DNA of 64,000 nt, from positions 878 through 64,877 of the forward strand of contig DATIKM010000071.1 of assembly GCA_035477595.1 (NCBI GenBank), written 5' to 3'. Both the position numbers and the translations under genes were made by a program. This DNA comes from Chthonomonadales bacterium. Lineage in GTDB: Bacteria > Armatimonadota > Chthonomonadetes > Chthonomonadales > CAJBBX01. The stretch's first letter is position 1. Every line of letters starts with the position of its first letter. The notes beneath the pieces were generated by a model, which searched no databases, was not told where the DNA came from, and was given only the letters and a program-made list of their open reading frames with translations. Positions 18,392 through 28,422 of the stretch are shown piece by piece.

Positions 18392-19564
18392 ATGCCATTG
18401 AGGCCCGCCCATGTGGCGCTCGTTGTCGCCCTCGCAGCAGTGATCGTGGTCGCCGGCTGCAGGCAGAGAAGCGTTGCACCCAGCGACGAGATTCTAGTGG
18501 GTCATTTCACGCCGCTCACGGGCACCACTTCCACCTTCGGGATATCGACGCACCGTGGTGTGCAACTCGCCATCGATGAAGTGAACGCCGCGGGCGGCGT
18601 CAACGGCAAGCGCATCCGTCTGGTAACGGAAGACACCGCGAGCAAGCCTGACGTTGCCCGGACCGTGGTCACGAAGCTCGTGACTCAGGATCGGGTTGTC
18701 GCGGTCCTGGGCGAGGTCGCCAGCACGCGGAGCCTCGCGGCCGCCCCGGTCTGCCAGTCACACCAGGTGCCCATGATCAGCCCGGCTTCCACGAACGTGG
18801 AGGTGACGCGGAAGGGTGACTACATCTTCCGCGTGTGCTTCACCGATGACTTCCAGGGCGCGGTGCAGGCGCACTTCGCCTGGGACCAGGGCTGGCGGAG
18901 AGCCGCGATCTTCCGCGACATCAAGAACGACTACAGCGTGGCCTTGGCGGACAGCTTCGCCGCGACATTCCGAAGGCTCGGCGGCGAGATCGTGGGCGAG
19001 CAGAGCTATCAGGAGGGGGACGCGGACTTCAAGGCACAGCTCAACAGCCTTAAGGCGCTGAGGCCGGACGTGCTCCTGGTGCCCGGCTACTACAGCGAGG
19101 TTGGCACCATCGCGCGGCACGCGCGGCAGATCGGCCTGACTGCGCCGCTACTTGGCGGCGACGGATGGGACTCGCCGACGCTCGTGGCAGGCGCCGGCGG
19201 GCCAGGAGGAGCGCTTGAGGGAAGCGCCTTCACCAACCACCACTTCTCGACGGAGCTTGATTCGCCGCACGTGCAGGCTTTCATCAACAGCTTCACCACG
19301 CGTTACGGCTCGAAACCGGATTCGCTCGCGGCCCTCGGGTACGACGCGGCCAAGCTGCTGGCGTCCGCGATGCAACGGGCCAAGGCTCTCGACGGGCCCT
19401 CGCTGCGTGACGCGATTGCGCAGACCCGCGACTTCCCCGGGGTGACGGGGATGATAACCATCGACGCCAACCGGAATGCGCGCAAGGACGCCCTCATCCT
19501 GCAGGTTGTGGGCGAGCGCTTCACGGTGAAGCGCGCCTACAGCCCGGAGCAGATCGGCCTCTAG
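18392..19564 (+). CDS. ABC transporter substrate-binding lipoprotein, Liv (branched-chain amino acid) type
   Basis: Lipoprotein signal MPLRPAHVALVVALAAVIVVAGC. Type-1 periplasmic binding fold motifs (VNAAGGVNGKRI, VAVLGEVAST, PMISPAST, DVLLVPGYY). It is first in the livHMGF operon. Confidence 0.8.
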   Translation: MPLRPAHVALVVALAAVIVVAGCRQRSVAPSDEILVGHFTPLTGTTSTFGISTHRGVQLAIDEVNAAGGVNGKRIRLVTEDTASKPDVARTVVTKLVTQDRVVAVLGEVASTRSLAAAPVCQSHQVPMISPASTNVEVTRKGDYIFRVCFTDDFQGAVQAHFAWDQGWRRAAIFRDIKNDYSVALADSFAATFRRLGGEIVGEQSYQEGDADFKAQLNSLKALRPDVLLVPGYYSEVGTIARHARQIGLTAPLLGGDGWDSPTLVAGAGGPGGALEGSAFTNHHFSTELDSPHVQAFINSFTTRYGSKPDSLAALGYDAAKLLASAMQRAKALDGPSLRDAIAQTRDFPGVTGMITIDANRNARKDALILQVVGERFTVKRAYSPEQIGL

Positions 19565-19566
19565 GC

Positions 19567-20679
19567 ATGGAGTGGTTCGTCCAGCAGCTGATCTACGGTG
19601 TGCAACTCGGGAGCCTGTATGCGCTGATCGCCCTCGGGTACACGATGGTGTACGGTGTGCTGCGTCTGATCAACTTCGCACATGGCGACGTGTACATGGT
19701 CGGCGCATTCGTGGGATTCTACGCCTGTACCGCCTGGCTGCCCTTCAAGGACCTCAACGCCCATCCCGATGCCGTCACGACGAACATCGCGCTCGCGATC
19801 ATCGCGATGGCGATCGCGATGGCGGTCTGCGCGGCGCTCGGCATGGTGATCGAGCGATTCGCCTACCGGCCGCTGCGAAACGGCCTCAACCGGCAGGACG
19901 CACGCTTCTGGGGCTTCGTGGGGGCCATCCCCCTGGCGGTCGCCGTCAGCGACCAAGGCGCCCCCGTCGTTTTGGCGGTGTACGCCGTGAGCGGCATCGC
20001 CCTCGGCCACGTGCTGTGCCCGGTGGTCGCCTGGCTGCGGCGCCGGACGGTGCTGTCGCCGTCCCGCCTCAATGCACTGATAACTGCGATCGGCGTGTCG
20101 CTCGTGCTTCAGAACGGCGGACTGCTGGTCTTCGGCGCAGACCCCCGGTTCATCCCCACCATCTTCCCGGAGAGTTCAATCGCCCTGGCTGACGGCATCC
20201 ACGTGGGCATAGGTCAGCTTGCTATCCTGGGGGTCTCGATCGCCCTGATGCTCGGTCTGCGGCACATCGTGCTGCACACCAGGCGAGGCCGGGCGATGCG
20301 CGCGATCTCGCACGACATCGAGGCGGCCAAGATGATGGGCATCGACACGGACCGCGTGATCGCGTTCACGTTCGCTCTGGGCGGCGCACTCGCGGGGGCA
20401 GGGGGCTTCCTGGTCGCAGCGCTGACGCATGTGAAAATCACCCCGATGTTCGGTCTTCTGCCGGGGATCAAGGCCTTCGTCGCAGCGGTACTGGGCGGGG
20501 CAGGGAACATCCCTGGGGCCGCGCTCGGGGGAGTTCTGATGGGTGTGGCGGAGGCGTTTGTGTCCGGGTCGCAGCACCTCTCCACCTACCGCGACGCCAT
20601 CGCATTCTGCGTCCTCGTCGTCATCCTTCTGGTGCGGCCGGCCGGGCTACTGGGCCAGCACGTGCCAGAGAAGGTGTAG
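19567..20679 (+). CDS. livH: branched-chain amino acid ABC permease LivH-type, with ~60-aa internal insertion
   Basis: QQLIYGVQLGSLYALIALGYTMVYGVLRLINFAHGDVYMVGAF and ERFAYRPLR...SRLNALITAIGVSLVLQNG are LivH signatures. At 370 aa it is longer than the ~300 aa I expect. Confidence 0.85.
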   Translation: MEWFVQQLIYGVQLGSLYALIALGYTMVYGVLRLINFAHGDVYMVGAFVGFYACTAWLPFKDLNAHPDAVTTNIALAIIAMAIAMAVCAALGMVIERFAYRPLRNGLNRQDARFWGFVGAIPLAVAVSDQGAPVVLAVYAVSGIALGHVLCPVVAWLRRRTVLSPSRLNALITAIGVSLVLQNGGLLVFGADPRFIPTIFPESSIALADGIHVGIGQLAILGVSIALMLGLRHIVLHTRRGRAMRAISHDIEAAKMMGIDTDRVIAFTFALGGALAGAGGFLVAALTHVKITPMFGLLPGIKAFVAAVLGGAGNIPGAALGGVLMGVAEAFVSGSQHLSTYRDAIAFCVLVVILLVRPAGLLGQHVPEKV

Positions 20680-20687
20680 GCGCTCGG

Positions 20688-21707
20688 ATGCCATGGTTCG
20701 CGGTGCGCGTCGCATCCATCGCAGGCGCGGTCGCGGCGCTATATCTCCTTAGCGGGCTGTTGACCGCCACCATCGAGGCGTACGTACTCCAGGTCCTGGT
20801 ACAGTGCGGCATCTACGCCATCCTGGCGGTCAGCCTCAACCTCATAAATGGGATCACCGGGCAGTTCTCGATCGGGCATGCGGGCTTCTTCGCCGTGGGG
20901 GCGTATGTGGGCGCCGCCTGGACGATGCTCTGGCAGCCGCACGCAGTGCGCGTCACGTCGGCGCTGGCGATGGGCACACCGGCAGGGGACGCTCTGAACC
21001 TTCTCATCGCGTGCGCGCTTGGAATGGCGGCAGCCTCGCTAGCGGGCGCCGCCGTCGGTCTGCCATCGCTCCGGCTTAGGGGGGACCACCTCGCGATCGT
21101 GACCCTGGGCTTCGGTGAGGTCATCCGCGTGCTCCTTCTGAACATCGATGCGGTGGGCGGTGCGCGCGGACTCAGCGGGATCCCAACGCTTGCATCGACG
21201 GGTGACCTGGCGGTCTTCTGGGTGTTCCTGTTCCTGGTGTTGGTAATCGCCGTGTCGCGCAACCTGATGAACACTACGCGCGGGCTCACCTGGCTTGCCG
21301 TCCGTGAGGACGAGGTCGCAGCAGACGCCATGGGAGTGAACACCACTCGGGTGAAGGTGACTGCCTTCGTGCTTGGCTCGGCCTTCGCCGGAGCGGCCGG
21401 CGTGCTCTACGCCCACATCATGACCGGCATCAGTCCGGACGTCTTCGGGATAGACACCTCGATCATCATCACCACGATGGTGGTGCTTGGCGGAACCGGA
21501 AGCGTTACGGGCGCGACCCTCGCCGCATTCCTGCTGGTCGCGCTGCCCGAGATGCTTCGGTTCATGAAGGACTACCGGCTGGTGATCTTCTCGACGCTGC
21601 TGGTGCTGCTGATGCTCACGCGGCCGCACGGCATCCTTGGCACCCGAGAGCTTGGCTACGCCACGCTGTTCCGGCGCCGGCAGACCGGATCGCCGGGGAC
21701 GAGGTGA
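20688..21707 (+). CDS. livM: branched-chain amino acid ABC permease LivM-type
   Basis: NLINGITGQFSIGHAGFFAVGAY, LRLRGDHLAIVTLGFGEVIR, LAVREDEVAADAMGVNT. Confidence 0.85.
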   Translation: MPWFAVRVASIAGAVAALYLLSGLLTATIEAYVLQVLVQCGIYAILAVSLNLINGITGQFSIGHAGFFAVGAYVGAAWTMLWQPHAVRVTSALAMGTPAGDALNLLIACALGMAAASLAGAAVGLPSLRLRGDHLAIVTLGFGEVIRVLLLNIDAVGGARGLSGIPTLASTGDLAVFWVFLFLVLVIAVSRNLMNTTRGLTWLAVREDEVAADAMGVNTTRVKVTAFVLGSAFAGAAGVLYAHIMTGISPDVFGIDTSIIITTMVVLGGTGSVTGATLAAFLLVALPEMLRFMKDYRLVIFSTLLVLLMLTRPHGILGTRELGYATLFRRRQTGSPGTR

Positions 21708-22483
21708 TGAAGGTCCTCCTGTCGGCGCGCGGCATCACAAAGCGCTTTGGAGGGCTCGCGGCGGTCTCGGGGCTGAACCTCGATGTCCGGGAGGGTGAGC
21801 TGCTGGGTCTGATCGGGCCGAACGGCGCAGGGAAGACGACGGTCTTCAACCTCCTGACCGGGGTCTACCCGCCGACCGAGGGCCACGTCGAATTCGATGG
21901 TCGCAGACTGCGGCGCATGCGGCCGTACCAGGCTGCCCATCTGGGGATCGCCAGGACGTTCCAGAACATCCGGCTCTTCCGCCGGCTGTCTGCGCTGGAC
22001 AACGTGCGCGTGGCGGCGCATGTGCGCACAACGGCCGGGTTCTGGAGTTGCCTGCTCCGGACTGCGCATGCCATGCGCAATGATGCCGTGCTGACGGAGA
22101 AGGCGCGCGCCCTGTTGGGAGCCCTGGACCTGACCTCGGTTGCCGCGGCCCCCGCCGGCGATCTGCCGTACGGTGTTCAGCGCCGCCTCGAGATTGCTCG
22201 GGCGCTGGCAACAGATGCCAAGCTCTTGTTGCTCGATGAACCCGCGGCGGGGATGAACCCGGCCGAGAAGCAGGAGCTGATGGAGCTGATCCACGCCATC
22301 AGGCGCGACTTCTCAGTCACGGTGCTGTTGATCGAGCACGACATGCGCGTTGTTATGGGCATCTGCGAGCGCATCTACGTGCTGGACTACGGTCAGGTGA
22401 TCGCTGAGGGCCGGCCCGAGCGGATACGCTCCGACCCGCGGGTGATCGCGGCGTACCTCGGCGAGGAGTCGGAGCCGTGCTGA
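21704..22483 (+). CDS. livG: ABC transporter ATP-binding protein LivG-type
   Basis: Walker A GPNGAGKTT, RTFQNIRLF, signature LPYGVQRRLEIARAL, Walker B LLLLDEPAAGM. There is a 4-nt overlap with livM. Confidence 0.9.
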   Translation: MMKVLLSARGITKRFGGLAAVSGLNLDVREGELLGLIGPNGAGKTTVFNLLTGVYPPTEGHVEFDGRRLRRMRPYQAAHLGIARTFQNIRLFRRLSALDNVRVAAHVRTTAGFWSCLLRTAHAMRNDAVLTEKARALLGALDLTSVAAAPAGDLPYGVQRRLEIARALATDAKLLLLDEPAAGMNPAEKQELMELIHAIRRDFSVTVLLIEHDMRVVMGICERIYVLDYGQVIAEGRPERIRSDPRVIAAYLGEESEPC

Positions 22484-23184
22484 CGCTCACCGGGGTTACG
22501 GTCTACTACGGCGCCATTCGCGCCCTCGATGGCGTCGACCTGACCGTCGAGGCAGGCGAGATCGTTGCCATGATCGGCGCGAACGGCGCGGGCAAGAGCA
22601 CCACGATCAGCTGCATCTCAGGACTGGTGCGCGCTCGATCGGGCTCCGTGTGGTTCGATGGCGAAGATGTGGAAGGTCTGGCAACCCACGAGCGTGTGGA
22701 GCGGGGCATCTGTCAGTCGCCTGAGGGCAGGCGCGTTTTCGCCAACCTCAGCGTGAACGAGAACCTCGATCTCGGCGCGTACATACACCATCGCCAGCGC
22801 TCACGGGTCGAGGCGGACCGCGAGCGCGTGTTTGGTCTGTTTCCGCGTTTGAAGGAGCGCTCTCGCCAGCCGGCCGGCACGCTCTCGGGCGGTGAGCAGC
22901 AGATGCTGGCGATCGGACGCGCTCTCATGGGCCGTCCGCGCCTGTTGATGCTCGACGAGCCGTCGCTGGGGCTTGCCCCCGTTCTGGTCCGACAGATCTT
23001 CGAGATAGTGCGGGACATCAACCGGCAAGGCGTGACCATTCTGCTTGTCGAGCAGAACGCTTACCAGGCGCTCCATGTGGCTTCGCGGGCGTACGTTCTT
23101 GAGACGGGCCGCGTGGTGATGGCGGGGCCTGCGAACGAGCTGCTGCATGACCGGCAGGTGCGCGAGGCCTACCTCGGTGAGTGA
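22477..23184 (+). CDS. livF: ABC transporter ATP-binding protein LivF-type
   Basis: Walker A GANGAGKST, signature LSGGEQQMLAIGRAL, Walker B LLMLDEPSLGLAP, C-terminal REAYLGE. Confidence 0.9.
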   Translation: MLTLTGVTVYYGAIRALDGVDLTVEAGEIVAMIGANGAGKSTTISCISGLVRARSGSVWFDGEDVEGLATHERVERGICQSPEGRRVFANLSVNENLDLGAYIHHRQRSRVEADRERVFGLFPRLKERSRQPAGTLSGGEQQMLAIGRALMGRPRLLMLDEPSLGLAPVLVRQIFEIVRDINRQGVTILLVEQNAYQALHVASRAYVLETGRVVMAGPANELLHDRQVREAYLGE

Positions 23185-24007
23185 CACTGTACGAGACCTG
23201 GTGGTAGGGTTCTTTGCGGCTGCGCTCATCAGCGGCCTGGCGAGTGAACGCGTTCAGCGGGCAACGGAGCGGCAGCTCCGGCGCGACCTTCGCACGCACG
23301 ACCTGCGGGTGCGGATCGATCAGGCTGGGCCTCTCGGAATGCTGTTTGGCCGCGCCTCCGTGGTGCGTGTCGGCGGTTCGGGCGCTTCGCTCGACAGCGC
23401 GCCACTCGTCGTCCGGCCCGGTGCGGGACTGTCCGCCCGGGTGCGCTCGATCCGGCTCGACCTCAGGGAGAGCGCCGCCGGCGATCTGGAGGTGGATCGG
23501 ATGCAGGCGCACTTCTCGGACGCGTGGGTCGACGTGGGAGCGCTCATGCGCGACCGCATCGTGGTGCGCGCGGCCGGCGAGGGCGTGGCATCAATCATGG
23601 TGGGAGAGGACCTGATCGCGAGGCTGGCCTCGCGGCGCTTTCGCGCCTCCCGCAACGTTGTGGCGCGCGTGACGCCGGATCGGCTCGTGGTCTCGGCGGA
23701 CGTCGAGCTTCTCGGCGCCCGTTCGCGGGTTGAGGTGACGGGGCGTCTCGCCCTGCTGGACGGCGCGCGCCTTGCGGTAGACCGGCCCTCCGTGCGTTTG
23801 AACGGCCTGCTGCTGGACGAGGCCGCGAGCGCCGGCCTCGTGGCGCCGATGAACCCGGTAATCGACCTGGGCCGCGATCTGCGGACCAGCATGAAGCTCC
23901 GGGCAACCGCGGTCCATCTGGAGCGGGGGCAGGTCCGGCTGGAGGCACGCGTGTCGCTGCCGGTAGAAAGCTGCGCACCGCAGGGGGTAGAGGATGGGAG
24001 CAGCTGA
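23177..24007 (+). CDS. hypothetical membrane-anchored protein, DUF2993/LmeA-like
   Basis: GTG 23177 overlaps the livF stop. It has an N-terminal helix DLVVGFFAAALISGLA followed by repeated beta-rich segments (VRIDQAGPLGMLFGRASVVRV, VRSIRLDL, VEVTGRLAL). The family assignment is from memory only. Confidence 0.45.
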   Translation: MSDTVRDLVVGFFAAALISGLASERVQRATERQLRRDLRTHDLRVRIDQAGPLGMLFGRASVVRVGGSGASLDSAPLVVRPGAGLSARVRSIRLDLRESAAGDLEVDRMQAHFSDAWVDVGALMRDRIVVRAAGEGVASIMVGEDLIARLASRRFRASRNVVARVTPDRLVVSADVELLGARSRVEVTGRLALLDGARLAVDRPSVRLNGLLLDEAASAGLVAPMNPVIDLGRDLRTSMKLRATAVHLERGQVRLEARVSLPVESCAPQGVEDGSS

Positions 24008-25079
24008 GGCTGTGCGGCGCACGCCGCTCCATGCTCGACACGTCGATCTGAACGCTCGGATGACCTCATTCGCCGGGTGGGACATGCCGGTCCAGTATGC
24101 GGGCGTGCTGCCGGAGGCGCGTGCGGTCCGGTCGGCCTGCGGCGTCTTCGACATCAGCCACATGGGCCGCCTGAAGGTGTCGGGGCCCGGTGCGATCGAG
24201 CTGCTGGACAAAGCCACCACGAACGACGTGCGCGGGCTTGAGCCGGGACGTGCTCACTACACGCTGCTGACGAACCACGACGGCGGCATCATCGACGACC
24301 TAATCATCTACCGGCTCGCGGGCGACTCGTTCCTGCTGGTGGTGAACGCCGCGAACACCACGCGCGATCTGGCCTGGCTCAAGGCGCATGCCCGCGCGGA
24401 GGTGAGGATCTCTGACATCACGCCGGACACCGCGATGGTGGCGGTTCAGGGCCCCTTGGCAGTTGACCTCACAGAGCGTGCTACCGACGCCGCTCTTTCC
24501 GGAGTGGAGAGGTTCGCCTTCTACCGGAGACCAGACGCGGACACGATCTGGTGTCGGACCGGCTACACCGGCGAGGATGGTTTCGAGGTGCTGGCGCCTG
24601 CGGACGCCGCCGAGCAACTGTGGCGCGCCTTGCTGGAGCATGGCGCGACGCCCTGCGGCCTGGGGGCGCGCGACACGCTGCGCGCGGAGGCCGGCTACCC
24701 GCTCTACGGGCATGAGATCGACGAGACCACCACGCCAGTGGAGGCCGGCCTCATGTGGGTAGTGCGCCTGGAGAAGGGGCCGTTTCACGGGCGCGATCGC
24801 ATTACTGCGGCGAAGGAGTCAGCGCCGGAGAGGCGACTCGTGGGCATTGTGGGGTCGGGCCGCGTCGTACCACGGCAAGGGTATACTCTGGCGACTGGCG
24901 ACGAGCCGGTTGGAATCGTGACATCCGGTGTCTTCTCGCCTGTGCGGGAGCGCGGGTGCGGCATGGCCTACGTGGCGCGGCGGCACGCCCGCGCCGGTTC
25001 CGTGCTGTCGATGCATGTGCGGGCAGATCGCCACAGGGTGACCGTCGTGGCGCGCAAGGACCTGCTACCGCGCTCGTAG
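23994..25079 (+). CDS. gcvT: glycine cleavage system aminomethyltransferase (T protein)
   Basis: RRTPLHARHVDLNARMTSFAGWDMPVQY, GVFDISHMGRLKVSG, YTGEDGFEV, GLGARDTLRAEAGYPLYGHE. GTG ~24012 is an alternative start. Confidence 0.9.
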   Translation: MGAAEAVRRTPLHARHVDLNARMTSFAGWDMPVQYAGVLPEARAVRSACGVFDISHMGRLKVSGPGAIELLDKATTNDVRGLEPGRAHYTLLTNHDGGIIDDLIIYRLAGDSFLLVVNAANTTRDLAWLKAHARAEVRISDITPDTAMVAVQGPLAVDLTERATDAALSGVERFAFYRRPDADTIWCRTGYTGEDGFEVLAPADAAEQLWRALLEHGATPCGLGARDTLRAEAGYPLYGHEIDETTTPVEAGLMWVVRLEKGPFHGRDRITAAKESAPERRLVGIVGSGRVVPRQGYTLATGDEPVGIVTSGVFSPVRERGCGMAYVARRHARAGSVLSMHVRADRHRVTVVARKDLLPRS

Positions 25080-25169
25080 GTTGCACGCCGTGTGGCTGAT
25101 GGGGCGCAGCAACCGTTCTCGTGCCGCCTATCTTCGCCGTGCCCGGCGGCCGGCAAAGGAGCCATGTGT

Positions 25170-25556
25170 ATGACCAGTACGCCCGGTGGTCTCAAGTACT
25201 CCACGTCCCATGAGTGGGTCCGGCTCGAGGGCGATGTCGCGGTGGTCGGCATCACCGACCATGCGCAGGCGGAGCTAGGTGACATCGTCTACCTCGAACT
25301 GCCCGATGTCGGACGCCGCATCGCGCAGGATGAGGCATTTGGCACGGTGGAGTCGGTAAAAGCGGTCTCGGACCTGGTCAGCCCGGTGAGCGGCGAAGTG
25401 ATCGAGGCCAACACAGGCATCGGCGACGCAACCGACACGGTTAACCAGGATCCGTATGGTGCTGGCTGGCTGGTCCGCATCCGCCTGAGCGCCCCGGAGG
25501 AGGTCGAGGGCCTGATGACTCCTGAGCAGTACGCAGCCATGGTGTCCGAGGCCTGA
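25170..25556 (+). CDS. gcvH: glycine cleavage system H protein
   Basis: LKYSTSHEWVRLEGDVAVVGITDHAQAELGDIVYLELP...ESVKAVSDLVSPVSGEV contains the lipoyl-lysine motif ESVKA. ATG 25170 lies 8 nt after AGGAG. Confidence 0.9.
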   Translation: MTSTPGGLKYSTSHEWVRLEGDVAVVGITDHAQAELGDIVYLELPDVGRRIAQDEAFGTVESVKAVSDLVSPVSGEVIEANTGIGDATDTVNQDPYGAGWLVRIRLSAPEEVEGLMTPEQYAAMVSEA

Positions 25557-25558
25557 CG

Positions 25559-26893
25559 GTGGGCTTCATCCCACACACCGACCGCGAGAGGGCAGAGATG
25601 CTGGCCGCCATCGGGGTCGACTCGATCGATGACCTCTTCGAGCCGATCCCTGAGCCCCTGAGAATGGCGCGGCCACTTGCGTTGCCGGCGGCGCTCGATG
25701 AGAGAGCGCTGCTCCGCCACCTGGAGCGCCTTGCCTCAGACAACGTGACGATGGACACCCACGCTTGCTTCCTGGGGGCGGGCGTCTACGATCACTTCGT
25801 GCCTGCGGTGGTCGACGCACTCATCTCACGCGGCGAGTTCCTCACATCGTACACACCCTATCAGCCCGAGATGAGCCAGGGCATGTTGCAGGCGATCTAC
25901 GAGTTCCAGTCGCTGGTCGCCACGCTCACGGGTATGGAGATCGCCAACGCGTCCATGTACGACGCAGCGACCGCCATGGCTGAGGCATGCCTGATGGCCT
26001 GTGAGGTGAAGGGCAGCCGGGTGATCGGGGTGTCGCGTCTAGTACACCCACACTACCGCCATGTGCTGCGCACCTATGCGGAGTCCTCGGGCGTCGAGGT
26101 CCGGGAGCTGGCGCACGCGGAGGGCGCCACCCAGATGCCCGACGGGGGCGCACCGCTCGCCGCCGTCGTCGTGCAGAATCCGAACTTCCTGGGCTGCATC
26201 GAGGATCTGTCGGCCGCGCGTGAGGCATCGCTCGCATCTGGCTCCATGCTCATCGTGGTGGCTGACCCCATCGCGCTCGCTCTTCTCAGGCCACCGGGGG
26301 ACTACGGCGCGGACGTCGTGGTGGGGGAGGGGCAGGGCCTCGGGTGCTCTCCAGGCTTCGGCGGGCCCATGCTGGGCTTCTTCGCGACGAGACGCGAGCT
26401 CGCGCGGAGGATGCCCGGGCGCATCGTGGGGGCAACGACGGACCTGGATGGGCGCAGGGCGTACACCATGACGCTGCGCACGCGCGAGCAGGACATCCGG
26501 CGCGAGAAGGCCACCTCCAACATCTGCACCAACGAGGCGCTGCTGGCGCTGGCGGCCTCGGTCCACCTGGCCGTCCTGGGGCCACAGGGGCTGCGCGAAG
26601 TCGCTGCCGCGTGCCTCCGCAATGCCCACAGCATGGTGGACGCCCTCACGCAGGTGGGCGCTCGGCGCGCATTCGAGCGGCCGTTCTTCAGGGAGGTGGC
26701 GGTTCGGCCGCCGGGCCGCCTTGGGGTGGCGGAGCTCAACCGCCGCCTGCTCCAGCGTGGCTTCCTCGGAGGGTACGACCTTGGCAGCGCCTACGACGAG
26801 CTGGACGGATGCTGGCTGGTGTGTGCCACGGAGAACCGCACGCGTGAGGAGATTGATGGGCTAGCGCAGGCCGTCGCGGAACTGACGCGATGA
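25559..26893 (+). CDS. gcvPA: glycine dehydrogenase (decarboxylating) subunit 1
   Basis: FIPHTDRERAEMLAAIGV, FLGAGVYDHFVPAVVD, TSYTPYQPEMSQGMLQAIYEFQ, REQDIRREKATSNICTN. Confidence 0.9.
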   Translation: MGFIPHTDRERAEMLAAIGVDSIDDLFEPIPEPLRMARPLALPAALDERALLRHLERLASDNVTMDTHACFLGAGVYDHFVPAVVDALISRGEFLTSYTPYQPEMSQGMLQAIYEFQSLVATLTGMEIANASMYDAATAMAEACLMACEVKGSRVIGVSRLVHPHYRHVLRTYAESSGVEVRELAHAEGATQMPDGGAPLAAVVVQNPNFLGCIEDLSAAREASLASGSMLIVVADPIALALLRPPGDYGADVVVGEGQGLGCSPGFGGPMLGFFATRRELARRMPGRIVGATTDLDGRRAYTMTLRTREQDIRREKATSNICTNEALLALAASVHLAVLGPQGLREVAAACLRNAHSMVDALTQVGARRAFERPFFREVAVRPPGRLGVAELNRRLLQRGFLGGYDLGSAYDELDGCWLVCATENRTREEIDGLAQAVAELTR

Positions 26894-28386
26894 GTGATAG
26901 CTCCGCACCCCAGGCGACGGGGCATCGTAGCGAGCCCGTCCTGATCGAGAAGAGCGTGCGGGGCCGCCGCGGCGTACGCCCGCCGTCGCCGCAGGGCCCG
27001 TTGGGGCCTCTGGAGGAGATGCTCCCTGGGGTTGAGCTCCGGACGGACCTGCCGCTGCCAGAGCTATCCGAGCTGGACGTCGTTCGGCACTACACCGCGC
27101 TGTCGCGGCGGAACTACGGTATCGATGCCGGCTTCTACCCGCTCGGCTCGTGCACCATGAAGTACAATCCGCGTGCCAACGAGTGCGCGGCTCGTAGCCC
27201 GGGGTGGGCGCGGCTGCATCCGCTGACGCCGCCCGCAGCCGTGCAGGGGGCGCTCCAGCTCATGTACGAGCTGAACTGCTTCCTGGCCGAGGTTGCCGGC
27301 ATGGCCGCAGCGACCATCCAGCCCGCTGCCGGCGCCCACGGCGAGACCCTGAGCCTCATGATGGTGCGCGCCTACCACCGCTCCCGAGGCGACATGGAGC
27401 GCACCTCCGTGCTCATCCCTGACTCGGCGCACGGCACGAACCCCGCGAGCGCCGCGCTCTGCGGGTTCCAGGTGCGCCCGATCACAAGCGACGCCGACGG
27501 CCTGTCGGACACGCGTCACCTGCGCGAGCTGGTGGGGGCCGATACGGCGGCAGTGATGCTGACGAACCCCAACACGCTGGGCCTGTTTGAGTCCCGCATC
27601 GCTGAGATATGCGCAGTCGTGCATGACGCGGGGGGACTCGTGTACTGCGACGGAGCCAATATGAACGCCCTGCTCGGGGTCGCGCGCCCGGGCGAGATGG
27701 GCTTCGACGTGATGCACTTCAACCTGCACAAGACCTTCGGCACACCGCACGGCGGGGGAGGACCCGGATGTGGCGCCATCGCGGTCGGGAGCGTGCTGGA
27801 ACCGTTCCTGCCAGTGCCTGTGGTGGTGCGGCGGGGCAACGCTCTGTATGACCTCTGCCACGACCGCCCGCTGTCCGTTGGGCGCGTCCACTCGTTCTAC
27901 GGAGCCTTCCTCAATGCAGTGCGCGGCTATGCGTACATCCGCTCTCTGGGCCCCGACGGCCTTCGCGAGGTGGCCCGGCACGCCGTGCTCAATGCGAACT
28001 ACGTGCGCGCGCGCATCGGGGGCGCCTACGAGATCCCGCACAATCGGCTGTGCATGCACGAGGTAGTTGCCTCCGCTTCGCGGCTGAAGCGCCGGTTCGG
28101 CGTCCGCGCCATGGACGTGAGCAAGCGGCTGATGGACCACGGCTTCCATCCGCCGACCAACTACTTCCCGCTCATCGTGTCTGAGGCGCTGATGATCGAG
28201 CCGACCGAGACGGAGAGCAAGCAGACCATTGACGCCTTCTGTGACGCACTGATCGCCATCGCCGCGGAAGCGGAGACTGATCCGGAGGTCGTTCGCGGGG
28301 CTCCGTACTCCACCCCGGTGCGCCGGCCGGACGAGACGGCGGCTGTGAAGCGGCTCGACGTGCGCTGGGGCTCGAGTGGCCAGTGA
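26890..28386 (+). CDS. gcvPB: glycine dehydrogenase (decarboxylating) subunit 2
   Basis: LGSCTMKYNP, QPAAGAHGE, PDSAHGTNPASA, HFNLHKTFGTPHGGGGPG carries the PLP lysine motif. There is a 4-nt overlap with gcvPA. Confidence 0.9.
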   Translation: MSDSSAPQATGHRSEPVLIEKSVRGRRGVRPPSPQGPLGPLEEMLPGVELRTDLPLPELSELDVVRHYTALSRRNYGIDAGFYPLGSCTMKYNPRANECAARSPGWARLHPLTPPAAVQGALQLMYELNCFLAEVAGMAAATIQPAAGAHGETLSLMMVRAYHRSRGDMERTSVLIPDSAHGTNPASAALCGFQVRPITSDADGLSDTRHLRELVGADTAAVMLTNPNTLGLFESRIAEICAVVHDAGGLVYCDGANMNALLGVARPGEMGFDVMHFNLHKTFGTPHGGGGPGCGAIAVGSVLEPFLPVPVVVRRGNALYDLCHDRPLSVGRVHSFYGAFLNAVRGYAYIRSLGPDGLREVARHAVLNANYVRARIGGAYEIPHNRLCMHEVVASASRLKRRFGVRAMDVSKRLMDHGFHPPTNYFPLIVSEALMIEPTETESKQTIDAFCDALIAIAAEAETDPEVVRGAPYSTPVRRPDETAAVKRLDVRWGSSGQ

Positions 28387-28422
28387 TCGCCGGCGCGCTG
28401 GCGGGCCGATGGGGGATTCGAT

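Noticed and set aside
23900-24012. Looked for a glycine riboswitch upstream of gcvT.
   Set aside because: There is no intergenic space, because gcvT overlaps the preceding DUF2993-like gene. No tandem aptamer-sized non-coding stretch exists here.
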